Below are positions 30,328 through 39,667 of a stretch of 64,000 nucleotides of DNA, in pieces. A model generated the notes under the pieces. The model was not told the DNA's origin. It did not search any database and worked only from the letters and a program-made list of their open reading frames with translations. The translations under genes were made by a program, and so were the position numbers. The DNA lies in the NCBI GenBank assembly GCA_963817005.1, contig CAWFMN010000004.1, positions 1,125,358-1,189,357 of the forward strand, in the 5' to 3' direction. The stretch comes from an uncultured Acidimicrobiaceae bacterium. GTDB taxonomy: Bacteria > Actinomycetota > Acidimicrobiia > Acidimicrobiales > RAAP-2. Numbering within the stretch: position 1 is the stretch's first letter; each line of letters opens with the position of its first letter.

Positions 30328-31184
30328 GCCGCCGGCATGGGGAAGATGCTGGTCTCCGCCGATGCGGCGCGGACCACCTCGTCCCGCTCCGCCCGGCTCA
30401 TCGGGGCATGCCCCTCGGCGGCCATCAGTGCCGTCGTGAGGACGTTGGTGTCCCCGGGCGTGCAGAAGGCATCCACCCCGGGGGTGGACAGCACGAAGTC
30501 GACGGAACGGGCCACCTCCTCCACGGAGACGTACGGCTCGTACCACGTCCCCGAGGTGCGGTCCCGCCCGCCCCACGGCCGGGCCGCCACCGCCTTGATG
30601 GCCATCACCCCGACGTCGTGCTCGCCGGCGTACGCCAGCAGCGCCTCGGCGTCCCTGCGGTAGGCGGGGTCCGACCAAAGCTGGGGATTGACCGGGAACA
30701 TCACGGTGTCGAGGTCGTAGCGGCGCAGCGCCTCGAGGTGGGCCGCGGGCGCGGTCAGCTCGTGACCGGTGATGCCCACCCACCGGCACAGCCCCTCGTC
30801 CCGGGCGGCCAGGATGGCCTCCACCGCCCCGCTCCGGGCCTCGAGCTCCCCGAGGTCGGTCACCGCATGCATCTGGTAGAGGTCGAACCGGTCGCAGCGA
30901 AGCAGGGTGAGGGACTCCTCCAGCTGTGCTCGGACCCCGTCGGCGCTGTGTCGCAGGGTCTTGCAGGCCACGAAGAGGCGGTCCCGGACGGCCGGGATGC
31001 ACGGGCCCAGCAGCTCCTGGGCCCGTCCGTACTGGGGGGCGATGTCCAGGTGGTTGACCCCCGCGTCCACCGCGGCCGAGAAGGCCACCGCGGCCGCGTC
31101 GGGCTCGCCGTCCCAGAAGGCTGCGCCCCCCAGGACGGCCACTGACGAACGATGGCCGGTCCGACCCAGTCGCCGCTGCTCCAC
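30324..31184 (-). CDS. aldo/keto reductase family oxidoreductase
   Basis: MEQRRLGRTGHRSSVAVLGGAAF, NHLDIAPQYG, FDLYQMHAV, RWVGITGH. Confidence 0.8.
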   Translation of the reverse strand: MEQRRLGRTGHRSSVAVLGGAAFWDGEPDAAAVAFSAAVDAGVNHLDIAPQYGRAQELLGPCIPAVRDRLFVACKTLRHSADGVRAQLEESLTLLRCDRFDLYQMHAVTDLGELEARSGAVEAILAARDEGLCRWVGITGHELTAPAAHLEALRRYDLDTVMFPVNPQLWSDPAYRRDAEALLAYAGEHDVGVMAIKAVAARPWGGRDRTSGTWYEPYVSVEEVARSVDFVLSTPGVDAFCTPGDTNVLTTALMAAEGHAPMSRAERDEVVRAASAETSIFPMPAA

Positions 31185-31291
31185 GTGTGCACCGTAGTGC
31201 CCCGGGCCGGTCCGGGGAAGGTCCGGACGGCGCCGGCTCCGGGAGCGCCGGCGCGCCCAACGGTCGGCGGGCGCCGGCCGTCAGGCGGCCG

Positions 31292-31744
31292 TCAGCCGCC
31301 GGCCGCCGACCGGGCCGCCTCCCAACCGGCCACCATGGTCCCGAAGCGCATGGGGTTGTAGATGTCCTCCTCGTAGGACCACTTCCCGCCCCCGGCGTAC
31401 TTGAGCAGCGTGAAGTTGTACTCCTGGTGGACGCTGCCGTCGCCAGGGTCCTTCATCCGGTTCCAGACCTGGCACACCACCCAGCCCCGCTCCTCGTCGA
31501 TCACGTACCACTCGATGGGGAACTCGGGCATGTCACTGCCGGGGTACTCGGACATGGTGGCGCTGATCCACTGGTGGATGGCCTGGCGTCCCCTGAACTC
31601 CCCGTAGTGGTGCTCCAGGTAGGTGGCGTCCTCGGTGAACTGGTCGGCCCACTCCTGCCAGTCACCCGACGCTCCGGCGTCGGCCGCCTTCCGTTGGTAC
31701 TCGGCGAATGCCGACTCGATCTCGGCCCTGCTCCACTCTCCCAT
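31292..31744 (-). CDS. NTF2/SnoaL-like small protein
   Basis: Intact 150 aa: WADQFTEDATYLEHHYGEFRGRQAIHQWI..WYVIDEERGWVVCQVWN. Confidence 0.6.
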   Translation of the reverse strand: MGEWSRAEIESAFAEYQRKAADAGASGDWQEWADQFTEDATYLEHHYGEFRGRQAIHQWISATMSEYPGSDMPEFPIEWYVIDEERGWVVCQVWNRMKDPGDGSVHQEYNFTLLKYAGGGKWSYEEDIYNPMRFGTMVAGWEAARSAAGG

Positions 31745-31896
31745 GGCACCCGGCTCCTTCTGGCCCCCTTGGGCCGGCCATCAGTGTGGGTCGTGTCCCG
31801 CGTCCGGTCAACCGGTCCGGGCCCGGCCTGCCCGCCGATCGGTCGACTCCGCACTGGGCCGGTAGCATCCGGTCCAGGCGAAGGGAGGTGGCACCG

Positions 31897-33162
31897 GTGC
31901 AACTCCAATGGCGGGCCGTGGCCCTCGACGTACGGGACCCGGCCATCCCCTTCGAGGAGATCGTGCGGCTGATCGACGTGTCCGGTGCCTCCACCGCTGC
32001 GGCCTACAGCAGGAGCGACGTGGTGGAGGCCCTGCACGAGCACCAGCCCGCGGTGGTCGCCCTCTCCCCAGCCGGGGCCGTGGTCGGCGCCGTCGTGGCC
32101 CGGGTCGACGGCACTGACGCCCACCTCATGATGCTGGCCCTGCACCCCGACTGGCGCCACCGGGGGATCGGGTCGGGCCTGCTGCGCCGGCTGGACCAAG
32201 CGATCATCCACCGTGGGGCCCGACGGCTCCTGGCCCTGGTCGTGCCGGGACAGGTCGGCGAGTCGGCCTTCGCCAACCAGGGCTTCACCCGTCGCGACGG
32301 ACTGGACCTCTTCGCACGCGACGCCTCGATGGTGCCCGAGGAGCTGGCCATCGTGGAGCGGTTCGGGGGGCAGGTGCCCCCGGCCGGCCTATGGGAGTCG
32401 ATGAAGGGGTTCTCGACGGCCAAGGGCATCCTGGACCGGCGGGTGGTCGCCCCGTTGGCCCACCCCGAGCTGGCCGACCAGCTCGGGTTGGTCCCGCCGG
32501 CCGCCGTGCTCCTCTTCGGGCCTCCGGGGACCGGCAAGACCTCCTTCGCCCGGGCCATCGCCTCCCGGCTGTCGTGGGCTTTCGTCGAGCTCCATCCATC
32601 GCTGCTGGGACAGGGCGTGGAAGGCGCCCGGGCCCTGCGGGACGGCTTGGCCGAGCTCGGGAGAGTGGACAAGCTGGTGTGCTTCATCGACGAGGCCGAC
32701 GAGATCGCCTCGGACCGGTCGGAGCGACCCGACAGCCAGCCGCTGGTCAACGAGCTGTTGAAAGTGATCCCGGTGTTCAAGGCCCGGCCCGACTCGTTGA
32801 TGGTGATGGCCACCAACTCCATCGCCGCGATCGACGGGGCCCTGCTGAGGCCAGGTCGGTTCGACCTGGTCATACCGGTGGGTGCGCCGGACGAGTCGGA
32901 GCGAGTCGACCTGGCCGCCGAGCTCCTCCCCGCCGGGGAGGGGAAGGAGGTCGCGGCCCGGACGGCCGGCTTCACCCCTGCCGACTTCGCTCTGGTGGCG
33001 CAACGGAGCGCCCAGCTGGCCTTCGACCGGGCGCTGACCGGGGGCCGCGCCGAGATCCAGGCCGAGGACGTGCTGACCGCTATCGACCTGACCCGGCCGT
33101 CGGTGAGCCGCGAGGCGTCCCGGCGGTTCGAGGAAGAGGCCGCTAGCTACGCCCGTCTCTAG
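31897..33162 (+). CDS. GNAT acetyltransferase domain fused to a classical-clade AAA+ ATPase domain
   Basis: GTG 31897 follows AAGGGAGG. GNAT part: LMMLALHPDWRHRGIGSGLLRRL. AAA part: VLLFGPPGTGKTSFARAIA (Walker A), VCFIDEADEI (Walker B), MATNSIAAIDGALLRPGRFD (second region of homology). Confidence 0.8.
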   Translation: MQLQWRAVALDVRDPAIPFEEIVRLIDVSGASTAAAYSRSDVVEALHEHQPAVVALSPAGAVVGAVVARVDGTDAHLMMLALHPDWRHRGIGSGLLRRLDQAIIHRGARRLLALVVPGQVGESAFANQGFTRRDGLDLFARDASMVPEELAIVERFGGQVPPAGLWESMKGFSTAKGILDRRVVAPLAHPELADQLGLVPPAAVLLFGPPGTGKTSFARAIASRLSWAFVELHPSLLGQGVEGARALRDGLAELGRVDKLVCFIDEADEIASDRSERPDSQPLVNELLKVIPVFKARPDSLMVMATNSIAAIDGALLRPGRFDLVIPVGAPDESERVDLAAELLPAGEGKEVAARTAGFTPADFALVAQRSAQLAFDRALTGGRAEIQAEDVLTAIDLTRPSVSREASRRFEEEAASYARL

Positions 33163-34085
33163 GCTTTCCGCACCGACGGGTCGACGAGCTCGGCCCGGAG
33201 CTGCGGCACCACCTCGGCCGCCAGGCGTTCGATCTGGTGGCGGACCGACCCGGGCGACATCCCCGGCAGGTGGACCCGCAGGTCCAGCGAGGTGGCTCCG
33301 GCGCGGCGGACCACCTCGGCCAGCCGGGCGGCGAGCACGGCCGGGTCGGCGGCGGCCACCGTCTGGTCGGCCCCGAAGGCCGCCGGCGCCCCGGTGACGG
33401 CGTCGTAGACCGCACGCTGTCGATGCACCAGGTCAGTGGGCAAGTCCCCCAGCCACACCCGGCGGATGAGGACCTTGGCCCCCGACCCGCCGGCATCGTC
33501 GTAGGCCGAGGTCAGTCTGGCCAGTCGTTCGACATCGGACATACCCTCCATCAGGATCCCGGCGCCGGCGACCGCCGCCCGCCGTGCCGCGGTGGGCGAA
33601 ATCGCCGCACTGAGCACCGGGACCGGGTGGTCGGCGCACCGAGCCAGCGAGGGGTCGCCACCCAGAGGGCCGAGGTCGCGGCCGGTCAGCATGGCCACCA
33701 GCCGGGGCAGCTCGGCGGCGAAGCGGACGGACGCCGAAGACCGGTCGGCACCCATGGCCTCGAAATCGAGCGGGAGGGCTCCGGCGGCCACGCCCAGCCC
33801 CACCCGGCCGGGATGGCGGGCGGCCAGCCAGGCCGTCTCCTCGGCCACCAGGGCGGTGGGCCGGATCGTGAGCAGCAGCGGGGACGCCGCCGCCCACCCG
33901 GTGGCGTGGTCGTCGAGGATGAAGGCCGAGATCTGCTGGGGGTTGGGAAGGTACCCGGGGAACCCCCCGTGGTGCTCGCTGGTCATGACCCCGTCGAACC
34001 CTCCACCCAAGGCCAGGCCGGCCTGGGTGCACAGCTCGGCCACCACCCCGGGGGCGGCGAGCTCGTTGTGGGGATAGAGGCGCAT
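33159..34085 (-). CDS. luciferase-like monooxygenase (LLM) family oxidoreductase
   Basis: FDGVMTSEHHGGFPGY, GRVGLGVAAG, plus the TIM-barrel LLM layout. ATG 34085 lies within ORF 33159..34193. Its stop overlaps the convergent GNAT-AAA stop (CTAG). Confidence 0.75.
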   Translation of the reverse strand: MRLYPHNELAAPGVVAELCTQAGLALGGGFDGVMTSEHHGGFPGYLPNPQQISAFILDDHATGWAAASPLLLTIRPTALVAEETAWLAARHPGRVGLGVAAGALPLDFEAMGADRSSASVRFAAELPRLVAMLTGRDLGPLGGDPSLARCADHPVPVLSAAISPTAARRAAVAGAGILMEGMSDVERLARLTSAYDDAGGSGAKVLIRRVWLGDLPTDLVHRQRAVYDAVTGAPAAFGADQTVAAADPAVLAARLAEVVRRAGATSLDLRVHLPGMSPGSVRHQIERLAAEVVPQLRAELVDPSVRKA

Positions 34086-34403
34086 CGACACCGACCCCGG
34101 GGCAAAAGGAGCCGGCGTTCCGCCTCCACCCCTGCGCCGGACCGAGCGCGGCGACGCGGACGGCGGGGCGGACGTCGGAGGGGTGCGGGCCACGGAACGA
34201 CCCTAGGTGGCCGGCGGGCACCGGCCGCGGCTCGGGCGAGGGTCGGCCCGGGCTTTGGGGCGCCGGACGTGTGAGATCGACACCGTCGCCCAGGGACGGG
34301 ACCCGTGTCCCGGGACGGGACGGGTCGTCTCCTGCGAACTGGTCTCGTGGGCGGCGGAGCCGGCCCCGCCCGTCCTCCAGGTGAGGCCACCCGGGACAGC
34401 GGT

Positions 34404-35072
34404 CTAGCGGCGCGGGCCAGAGGGTTGGGGAGGCCCCGGGTCGCCGGCTGTCGCTCCGCCGGTCCGGAACTGGATGCTGATCCGGGGACCGACCGGACGG
34501 GTGGTCTTGGGCACGCAATGCTCCCAGAGCTGCTGGCAGCGCCCGCCCATGACCAGGAGGTCCCCGGCTCCGAGGGCGAACCGGAGGGCCGGGCCACCGG
34601 CCACCGGGCGCAGGAGAAGTCGCCGGCGGGCGCCGAGGGAGACGATGGCCACGACGGAGTCGGTCCCGGTGCCCCGTCCGTTCCGGTCCCCATGCCAGGC
34701 CACGCTGTCCACGCCGTTGCGGTAGAGGCAGGCGCCGACACTGCACAGCGGCCCGGTCGCCGCGGTCGGATAGCGCCGGCCGAGGACGTCCCACATGTCA
34801 CCGAGCAGCGGATGGGGCAACGCGTCCCCCGCGCCGTACGACGCCACCAGGCGCGGGACGTCCACAGTCCGGTCGTACATCGGTCGCCGCTCGAGCACCC
34901 ATGGCACCGACTCGGCCAGATCCTCGAACAGCAGGTCGTGGCGCCGGACCCACCCCGGCCGGAGCTCCAGCCAGGCGTGCGGACCGAGGGGCGTCCGGGT
35001 CAGGTCGGTGGCCACCGGCTCCAGTCCCACCCGATCACCGAGATCGAAGAGCGTCCGCTGCCAGTGGGTCAT
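34404..35072 (-). CDS. alkB: AlkB-type Fe(II)/2-oxoglutarate-dependent dioxygenase (alkylation repair family)
   Basis: VAWHGDRNG (HxD), LWEHCVPK (distal His), RISIQFR (2OG-binding RxSxxxR); 222 aa. Confidence 0.8.
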   Translation of the reverse strand: MTHWQRTLFDLGDRVGLEPVATDLTRTPLGPHAWLELRPGWVRRHDLLFEDLAESVPWVLERRPMYDRTVDVPRLVASYGAGDALPHPLLGDMWDVLGRRYPTAATGPLCSVGACLYRNGVDSVAWHGDRNGRGTGTDSVVAIVSLGARRRLLLRPVAGGPALRFALGAGDLLVMGGRCQQLWEHCVPKTTRPVGPRISIQFRTGGATAGDPGPPQPSGPRR

Positions 35073-35076
35073 CGCC

Positions 35077-35114
35077 GGCTATGGTAGTCGAACATATGTT
35101 CGACTACCATAGCC
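35077..35114. promoter_or_regulatory. perfect 38-bp palindrome whose core TCGAACATATGTTCGA is a perfect mycobacterial-type LexA (SOS/Cheo) box; overlaps the alkB promoter
   Basis: GGCTATGGTAGTCGAACATATGTTCGACTACCATAGCC read directly, with the core at 35088-35103. On the minus strand, TACCAT (complement of 35081-35086) lies 8 nt before the alkB ATG (35072). Confidence 0.7.
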
Positions 35115-35149
35115 CGACCCAAACCCCCCTCCCTGAGGGTGGCAGCCGC

Positions 35150-35965
35150 TCAGTGATAGACCACGGGCGCGTCGAAGGCGGCCCGTCGGGACGCCCGCCG
35201 CAGGGCGGCCAGCACCGGATGACCGAGGAGCAGGACCAGCATGGCGTTGGTAACGGCCCGGGAGATGTCGAAGCCCAGGGACGTGGTCAGGTCGAAGAGG
35301 ATGAAGCTGTGCAGGTTGGCCAGGGGGCCGGCCCCGGGCGAGTACGAGAAACTGGTGGACGTGCCCGCGCCGAAGGGCCAGAACCACAGGTTGAGCAAGG
35401 TCCCGTAGAGCACGGCAGAGCCGGCGGCATAGCCGGCCAGCAACACGAGCTCGGCCCGCCCCTTGGCCCGGGGTAGGCATCCGGCCCCGAATCCCATCCA
35501 GGCCGCGCCGAACATCTGGAAGGGCAGCCACGGTCCGATGCCGCCGGTGATCAACGCCGAGACGACGATGGTCACCGCTCCGAGCACGAACCCGAAGCCA
35601 CGACCGAAGACCCGGCCGGCCGGGATCAACAGGAAGAACACCGGCTCGAATCCGGCCACGCCCGGGCTGGGTATGCGCAGGGCGGCGCCACAGGCGGCCA
35701 GGATCCCGAGCAGGGCGATGGCCTTGGCGTCCAAGGAGCCCTCGGCCAACTCCCCTATGACCACCGCCAGGAACAAGGGGAGGACGGCCACGAACAGCCA
35801 CGGGGCGTCGGCCGCGTGGGCCTGTCCTGCTCCGGCGTGGCCGTGGATCACCAGGGGCCAGCAGAACGCCACCATACCGATGAGCGACGTCACCGCCAGG
35901 AGGACGGATGCCCGCGGTCGGAGCCGGATGGTGGTCGGCCGGGCCACACGCGGGACGCCTACCAC
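35150..35965 (-). CDS. ECF transporter substrate-specific (S) component, polytopic membrane protein
   Basis: Six or seven hydrophobic helices (LLAVTSLIGMVAFCWPL, WLFVAVLPLFLAVVIG, FFLLIPAGRVFG, ITGGIGPWLPFQMFGAAWMG). Last gene of the ECF operon. The start is uncertain; GTG 35965 overlaps the ATPase stop. Confidence 0.65.
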   Translation of the reverse strand: MVGVPRVARPTTIRLRPRASVLLAVTSLIGMVAFCWPLVIHGHAGAGQAHAADAPWLFVAVLPLFLAVVIGELAEGSLDAKAIALLGILAACGAALRIPSPGVAGFEPVFFLLIPAGRVFGRGFGFVLGAVTIVVSALITGGIGPWLPFQMFGAAWMGFGAGCLPRAKGRAELVLLAGYAAGSAVLYGTLLNLWFWPFGAGTSTSFSYSPGAGPLANLHSFILFDLTTSLGFDISRAVTNAMLVLLLGHPVLAALRRASRRAAFDAPVVYH

Positions 35966-37578
35966 TGACCCCCCAGGGCCTGGCGGACCTCGTCCACCGT
36001 CAGCCATGGTTCCGGGGCCAGCACCTTGGCGACCTGCGGCGCGAACACCGGGGAGTGGCAGACCACGTCGCGGGCCGGTCCGTCTGCCACCACCTCGCCC
36101 TCGGCCAACACCACGGCACGGGTGGCCATCTGGGCCACCAGCTCCACGTCGTGGGTGGCCACGACGATGCAGTCCCCGTTGGCCGCCAGCTTCCGGACCA
36201 GCGTCACCAGCCGCTCCTTGCCGGAATAGTCGAGACCGCGGGTGGGCTCGTCCAAGAGGATCAGTGGGGGACGGGGAGCCAAGACGATGGCCAGGGCCAG
36301 GGCCAGACGCTGGCCTTCGGACAGGTCACGAGGGTGACGGTCCGAGGGGACCCCCGGCAGGACCTCCTCCAGCACGGCAGCGGTGGTCCCCGGTCGGAGG
36401 CCGGTCTCGTCGTCGGCCGTTGCACACTCGTCGGCCACCGATTCGCCGTAGAGCAGCATTCCGGCGTCCTGGGGCACCAGGCCGACCTTCGTGATCAGCT
36501 TCCGCGCCGGGAGGTCGGTGGGCCGGGTGCCGAGCACGGCGACCCGCCCCGCGGACGGCTTGCGCAGACCGGCCAGGTGGGCCAGGAGTGTGGACTTACC
36601 GGATCCGTTGCGACCCATCAGGGCCACCACCTCGCCGGCGCCCATCTCGAGGGAGACTCCGTCCAGGGCCAGCACGGGGCCGTACTCGACACGGACCCGC
36701 TCGGCCCGGGCCGCCGGTTCGCCGACCGGCCCGGTGGCCGTCTCCCGATCGGGCGCCGGCGCCCCGGCCAACCGCTGGCGAAGGGGACCCGACAAGCGCC
36801 GCGCGTCCCGCACAGACAGGGGCATCGGCGCCCACTCGGCCACGCGGGCCAGCTCCACAAGGGGTGGGGCCACCGGCGAGCTGGCCATGATGTCGGCTGT
36901 GGCCCCCACCACCAGGGCGGCCCCGTCTCCGGGCACGAGCACGACGCGGTCGGCAAACGGGATCACCCGCTCCAGGCGGTGCTCAGCCAATACCACGGTC
37001 ATCCCCACGTCGTGAACCAGCCGGGTCAGCGAGGCCAGCACCTCCTCTGCGGCGGCGGGGTCCAGCGCCGAGGTCGGTTCGTCCAGGACCAGCACCCGGG
37101 GCGAGGCGCTCAGCACCGCGCCGATGGCCACCCGTTGCTGCTGGCCTCCCGAGAGGGTGGCCAGCGGCCGGTTCCGGAGCTCGTGGAGCCCTAGCAGGTC
37201 GAGGGTGTCCTCGACCCGGCGACGCATGGCGGCGGGCGCGATGCCCAGGTTCTCCATGGTGTACGCCAGTTCGTCCTCGACGGTGTCGGTGACGAAGCTG
37301 GAGGCGGGGTTCTGGCCCACCACTCCGACCAGGTCGGCCAGCTCCCGCGGCGGATGGTCCCGGGTGGAGCGACCCTCGATGGTGATGTCTCCCGAGAGGT
37401 GGCCCCCGGTGAAGTGGGGCACGAGCCCGTTGATCGCCCGCAGCAGCGTGGTCTTGCCCGATCCGGTCTCCCCCACCACCAAGCAGAGCTCCCCCTCGTC
37501 GATGGTGAGGTCGACCCGGCGCAGCGTGGGTCGGGTGGCGTCGGCGTAGGTGAAGGTGACGTGGTCGAACCGGATCAT
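35959..37578 (-). CDS. ECF transporter ATPase, duplicated ABC domains (A-A fusion)
   Basis: Two Walker A motifs (GETGSGKTTL, GRNGSGKSTL), two signature motifs (LSGGQQQRV, LSEGQRLAL) and two Walker B motifs (VLVLDEPTS, LILLDEPTR). ATG 37578 overlaps the upstream stop as ATGA. Confidence 0.9.
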   Translation of the reverse strand: MIRFDHVTFTYADATRPTLRRVDLTIDEGELCLVVGETGSGKTTLLRAINGLVPHFTGGHLSGDITIEGRSTRDHPPRELADLVGVVGQNPASSFVTDTVEDELAYTMENLGIAPAAMRRRVEDTLDLLGLHELRNRPLATLSGGQQQRVAIGAVLSASPRVLVLDEPTSALDPAAAEEVLASLTRLVHDVGMTVVLAEHRLERVIPFADRVVLVPGDGAALVVGATADIMASSPVAPPLVELARVAEWAPMPLSVRDARRLSGPLRQRLAGAPAPDRETATGPVGEPAARAERVRVEYGPVLALDGVSLEMGAGEVVALMGRNGSGKSTLLAHLAGLRKPSAGRVAVLGTRPTDLPARKLITKVGLVPQDAGMLLYGESVADECATADDETGLRPGTTAAVLEEVLPGVPSDRHPRDLSEGQRLALALAIVLAPRPPLILLDEPTRGLDYSGKERLVTLVRKLAANGDCIVVATHDVELVAQMATRAVVLAEGEVVADGPARDVVCHSPVFAPQVAKVLAPEPWLTVDEVRQALGGQW

Positions 37579-38738
37579 GCCCGGCTCCCCTCGACCGGCT
37601 CGACGGTCACGACCGGCACGTCGGCGGTTCGATGGGGCCGTCTCGGGACGGCAAGGGCCACCGGCGCCGGTGCGGCGAGGGCCGGGACCGATCCGACCAG
37701 GATCCCGAGGACGGCCACCAGGGGGAGCTGGGGTGGATGCAGCGGAGTGACGGTGAACTGGAGCCCCGGCACCTCGAGGATCCCGGCGACGATGAGACTG
37801 GCCAGGGCCACGGCGCCCGACGCCACCACCAGCCACTCGGCCGTGCGCCAGACGTCAGGTCGGTACCGGGTGCGGTTGGTGCGCCGGCCGCCGACGGCCA
37901 TGCCCACGCCAACCAGCACGGCCCCGGCCGCCACGAAGGGCACGCCCCCGGCGGGCAGAGAGCCTGCGTCCAGTAGGCCGTACACGCCGACGAGCACGAG
38001 GAGTATCCCGCCGGCAGTCGAGGCACTACCCAGTCGGCGGGTGCCAACGGGCACCGCCACCCGCCGCCCGTAGCCACGGGCGTCCATGGAGGACGCCAGC
38101 TGCAGTGAGCGGTCGAGAGCGCTCTCCAGCACCGGGATGGCCATTCCGCGCAACCCGGCCACCCCTCGGGTCGGTCGACCCCGGAGCCGGCGGGCGTCCC
38201 GAACCCCGGCGATGGCCATCACCACTTCGGGGGCGAAGGCCAGCGAGACCGTCACGGCCACCCCGGCCTCGTAGAGGATCGCCGGTAGGCAGCGAAGGAG
38301 GCGGTAGGGGCTGGCCAGGGAGTTGGCCGCCCCGAAGCAGATCAGGATCACGGCCAGGCGCAGGCCCTCGACGGCCGATTGGATCACCGCCTCCGCCGTG
38401 ACCGGTCCCCCGATGCTGACGCCGGCCGCCCAGGAGGGCAAGGGGACCTGGGGAAGCGTGAACAGAGTGTGGCCGGGCAGGCGGTCCCCGAAGACGATCT
38501 GCACGACGACACGGACCACGATCACGACCATGCCCATCCGGAAGAAGAAGACGATCGAACGGGACCAGGGCGCAGCGGTACGGCGGGCCGACACCACGAA
38601 GGCGGCCACGGCGGCGACGAGGGACAGCAGGATCGGATTGGTCGTCCGGGTGGCTGCTCCGGCCAGGCAACCGGCCCACAGCCACCAGGCCGCCGGATGC
38701 AGGCTTCGACGCCCGGAGGGGGTGGACCGGCGGGTCAT
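37575..38738 (-). CDS. ECF transporter transmembrane (T) component, CbiQ/EcfT family
   Basis: Polytopic: PYRLLRCLPAILYEAGVAVTVSLAFAPE..ARRLRG and ALDRSLQLASSMDARGYG are the EcfT coupling-helix-type motifs. Confidence 0.8.
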   Translation of the reverse strand: MTRRSTPSGRRSLHPAAWWLWAGCLAGAATRTTNPILLSLVAAVAAFVVSARRTAAPWSRSIVFFFRMGMVVIVVRVVVQIVFGDRLPGHTLFTLPQVPLPSWAAGVSIGGPVTAEAVIQSAVEGLRLAVILICFGAANSLASPYRLLRCLPAILYEAGVAVTVSLAFAPEVVMAIAGVRDARRLRGRPTRGVAGLRGMAIPVLESALDRSLQLASSMDARGYGRRVAVPVGTRRLGSASTAGGILLVLVGVYGLLDAGSLPAGGVPFVAAGAVLVGVGMAVGGRRTNRTRYRPDVWRTAEWLVVASGAVALASLIVAGILEVPGLQFTVTPLHPPQLPLVAVLGILVGSVPALAAPAPVALAVPRRPHRTADVPVVTVEPVEGSRA

Positions 38739-39667
38739 TGCGGACGGGCGCGTCGTCGCCAGCCGAAGACGGCGCCAGCGGCCAGGGCCAGTACCAGCAG
38801 AGCTCCGAAGATCGCCGGCAGGGCACCCTCACCCGCGCCGGCACGATCGTCGGCGGCGGGCGTGGCCTTGAGCGACTGGGCCGGCAGACCCGAGCGCGAC
38901 GACCGGGTGGTGGGAGCAGTCGTCCCGCTGGCACCCCCGGTCCCGGCCGCCTGGGTCGTCGGCGAGGACGAGGCGGTGGTCGGATGGCCGGCGGCGGGAA
39001 CCGAGCTGCCCACCACCGACGAGCCGCCCGAGGCCTTGGGTGTCACGCTGCCGCCCGGCGAGCCTGTCGAGGGAGCCACCGTGGTGACCGGGGCGGCCGC
39101 GGGCGGGGCCGCGGTGGTCGGAGTCGAGTTCGCCGGCCCGCAGATGGCGGCGTAGCTGGGCGCCGGCAACGGATGGGGATCGTTCGGATTGGACTGCCCG
39201 TCGGTCTCGAAGCGCCATCCCTCGACATCACCCTCCTGTACGGCAGAGAACGCCCCGGTGCTGGCGTAGACCCAAGAGCCCGTGGTCCCGTGCCAGTAGG
39301 ACCAGTAGTCGTACCCCCCCGCCACCTGGGCACCACAGACGGTGGGCGCATTGCCCGGGAGGTTGTCGATCGAACACAGTAGGCCGGCGTTGTTGTAGAT
39401 GGGCTGGGCGTCGCCGCGCTGAGCGACGAATGCCCCCAACGCGGCGTAGCCGTTGTCCGTGGAGGGGACCTGAACGCATCCCACGACTGGTGCCCCCAGA
39501 CCGCCGAAGTCGACAACGAAGGCCACACTCACCTCGGTGGCAGCGCCGGCAGCATCCTTGAACGGCATCAGCGCATCCGGTCCGGCCGCCGCCAGGGCGA
39601 CCGACGCCGCCCCGACGAACAGAGTCCCGGAGATCAATTTCCGGACCGCCCCGGGGCCACTGGCCAT
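38735..39667 (-). CDS. secreted/anchored DUF4430-like protein with a long S/T/P/A-rich linker and C-terminal TM anchor
   Basis: N-terminal signal-like helix. Beta-domain pattern: YAALGAFVAQ..YDYWSYWHGTTGSWVYASTGAFSAVQEGDVEGWRF. About 110 aa of PTTAAPPAAAPVTT..SSSPTT follow, then ALPAIFGALLVLALAAGAVFGWRRR. Confidence 0.65.
   Translation of the reverse strand: MASGPGAVRKLISGTLFVGAASVALAAAGPDALMPFKDAAGAATEVSVAFVVDFGGLGAPVVGCVQVPSTDNGYAALGAFVAQRGDAQPIYNNAGLLCSIDNLPGNAPTVCGAQVAGGYDYWSYWHGTTGSWVYASTGAFSAVQEGDVEGWRFETDGQSNPNDPHPLPAPSYAAICGPANSTPTTAAPPAAAPVTTVAPSTGSPGGSVTPKASGGSSVVGSSVPAAGHPTTASSSPTTQAAGTGGASGTTAPTTRSSRSGLPAQSLKATPAADDRAGAGEGALPAIFGALLVLALAAGAVFGWRRRARPQ

Noticed and set aside
28450-31260. 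The 936-aa ORF read as a single giant protein. Likewise 26902..28410 (502 aa), 31708..33162, 13728..15014 and 47464..49836 read from their first possible start.
   Set aside because: Their upstream portions are low-complexity read-through overlapping other well-supported genes (the AKR at 30324..31184, the USP at 27014..27469, the GT2 at 47120..48334). Internal starts with an RBS or stop/start overlap explain the conserved parts.
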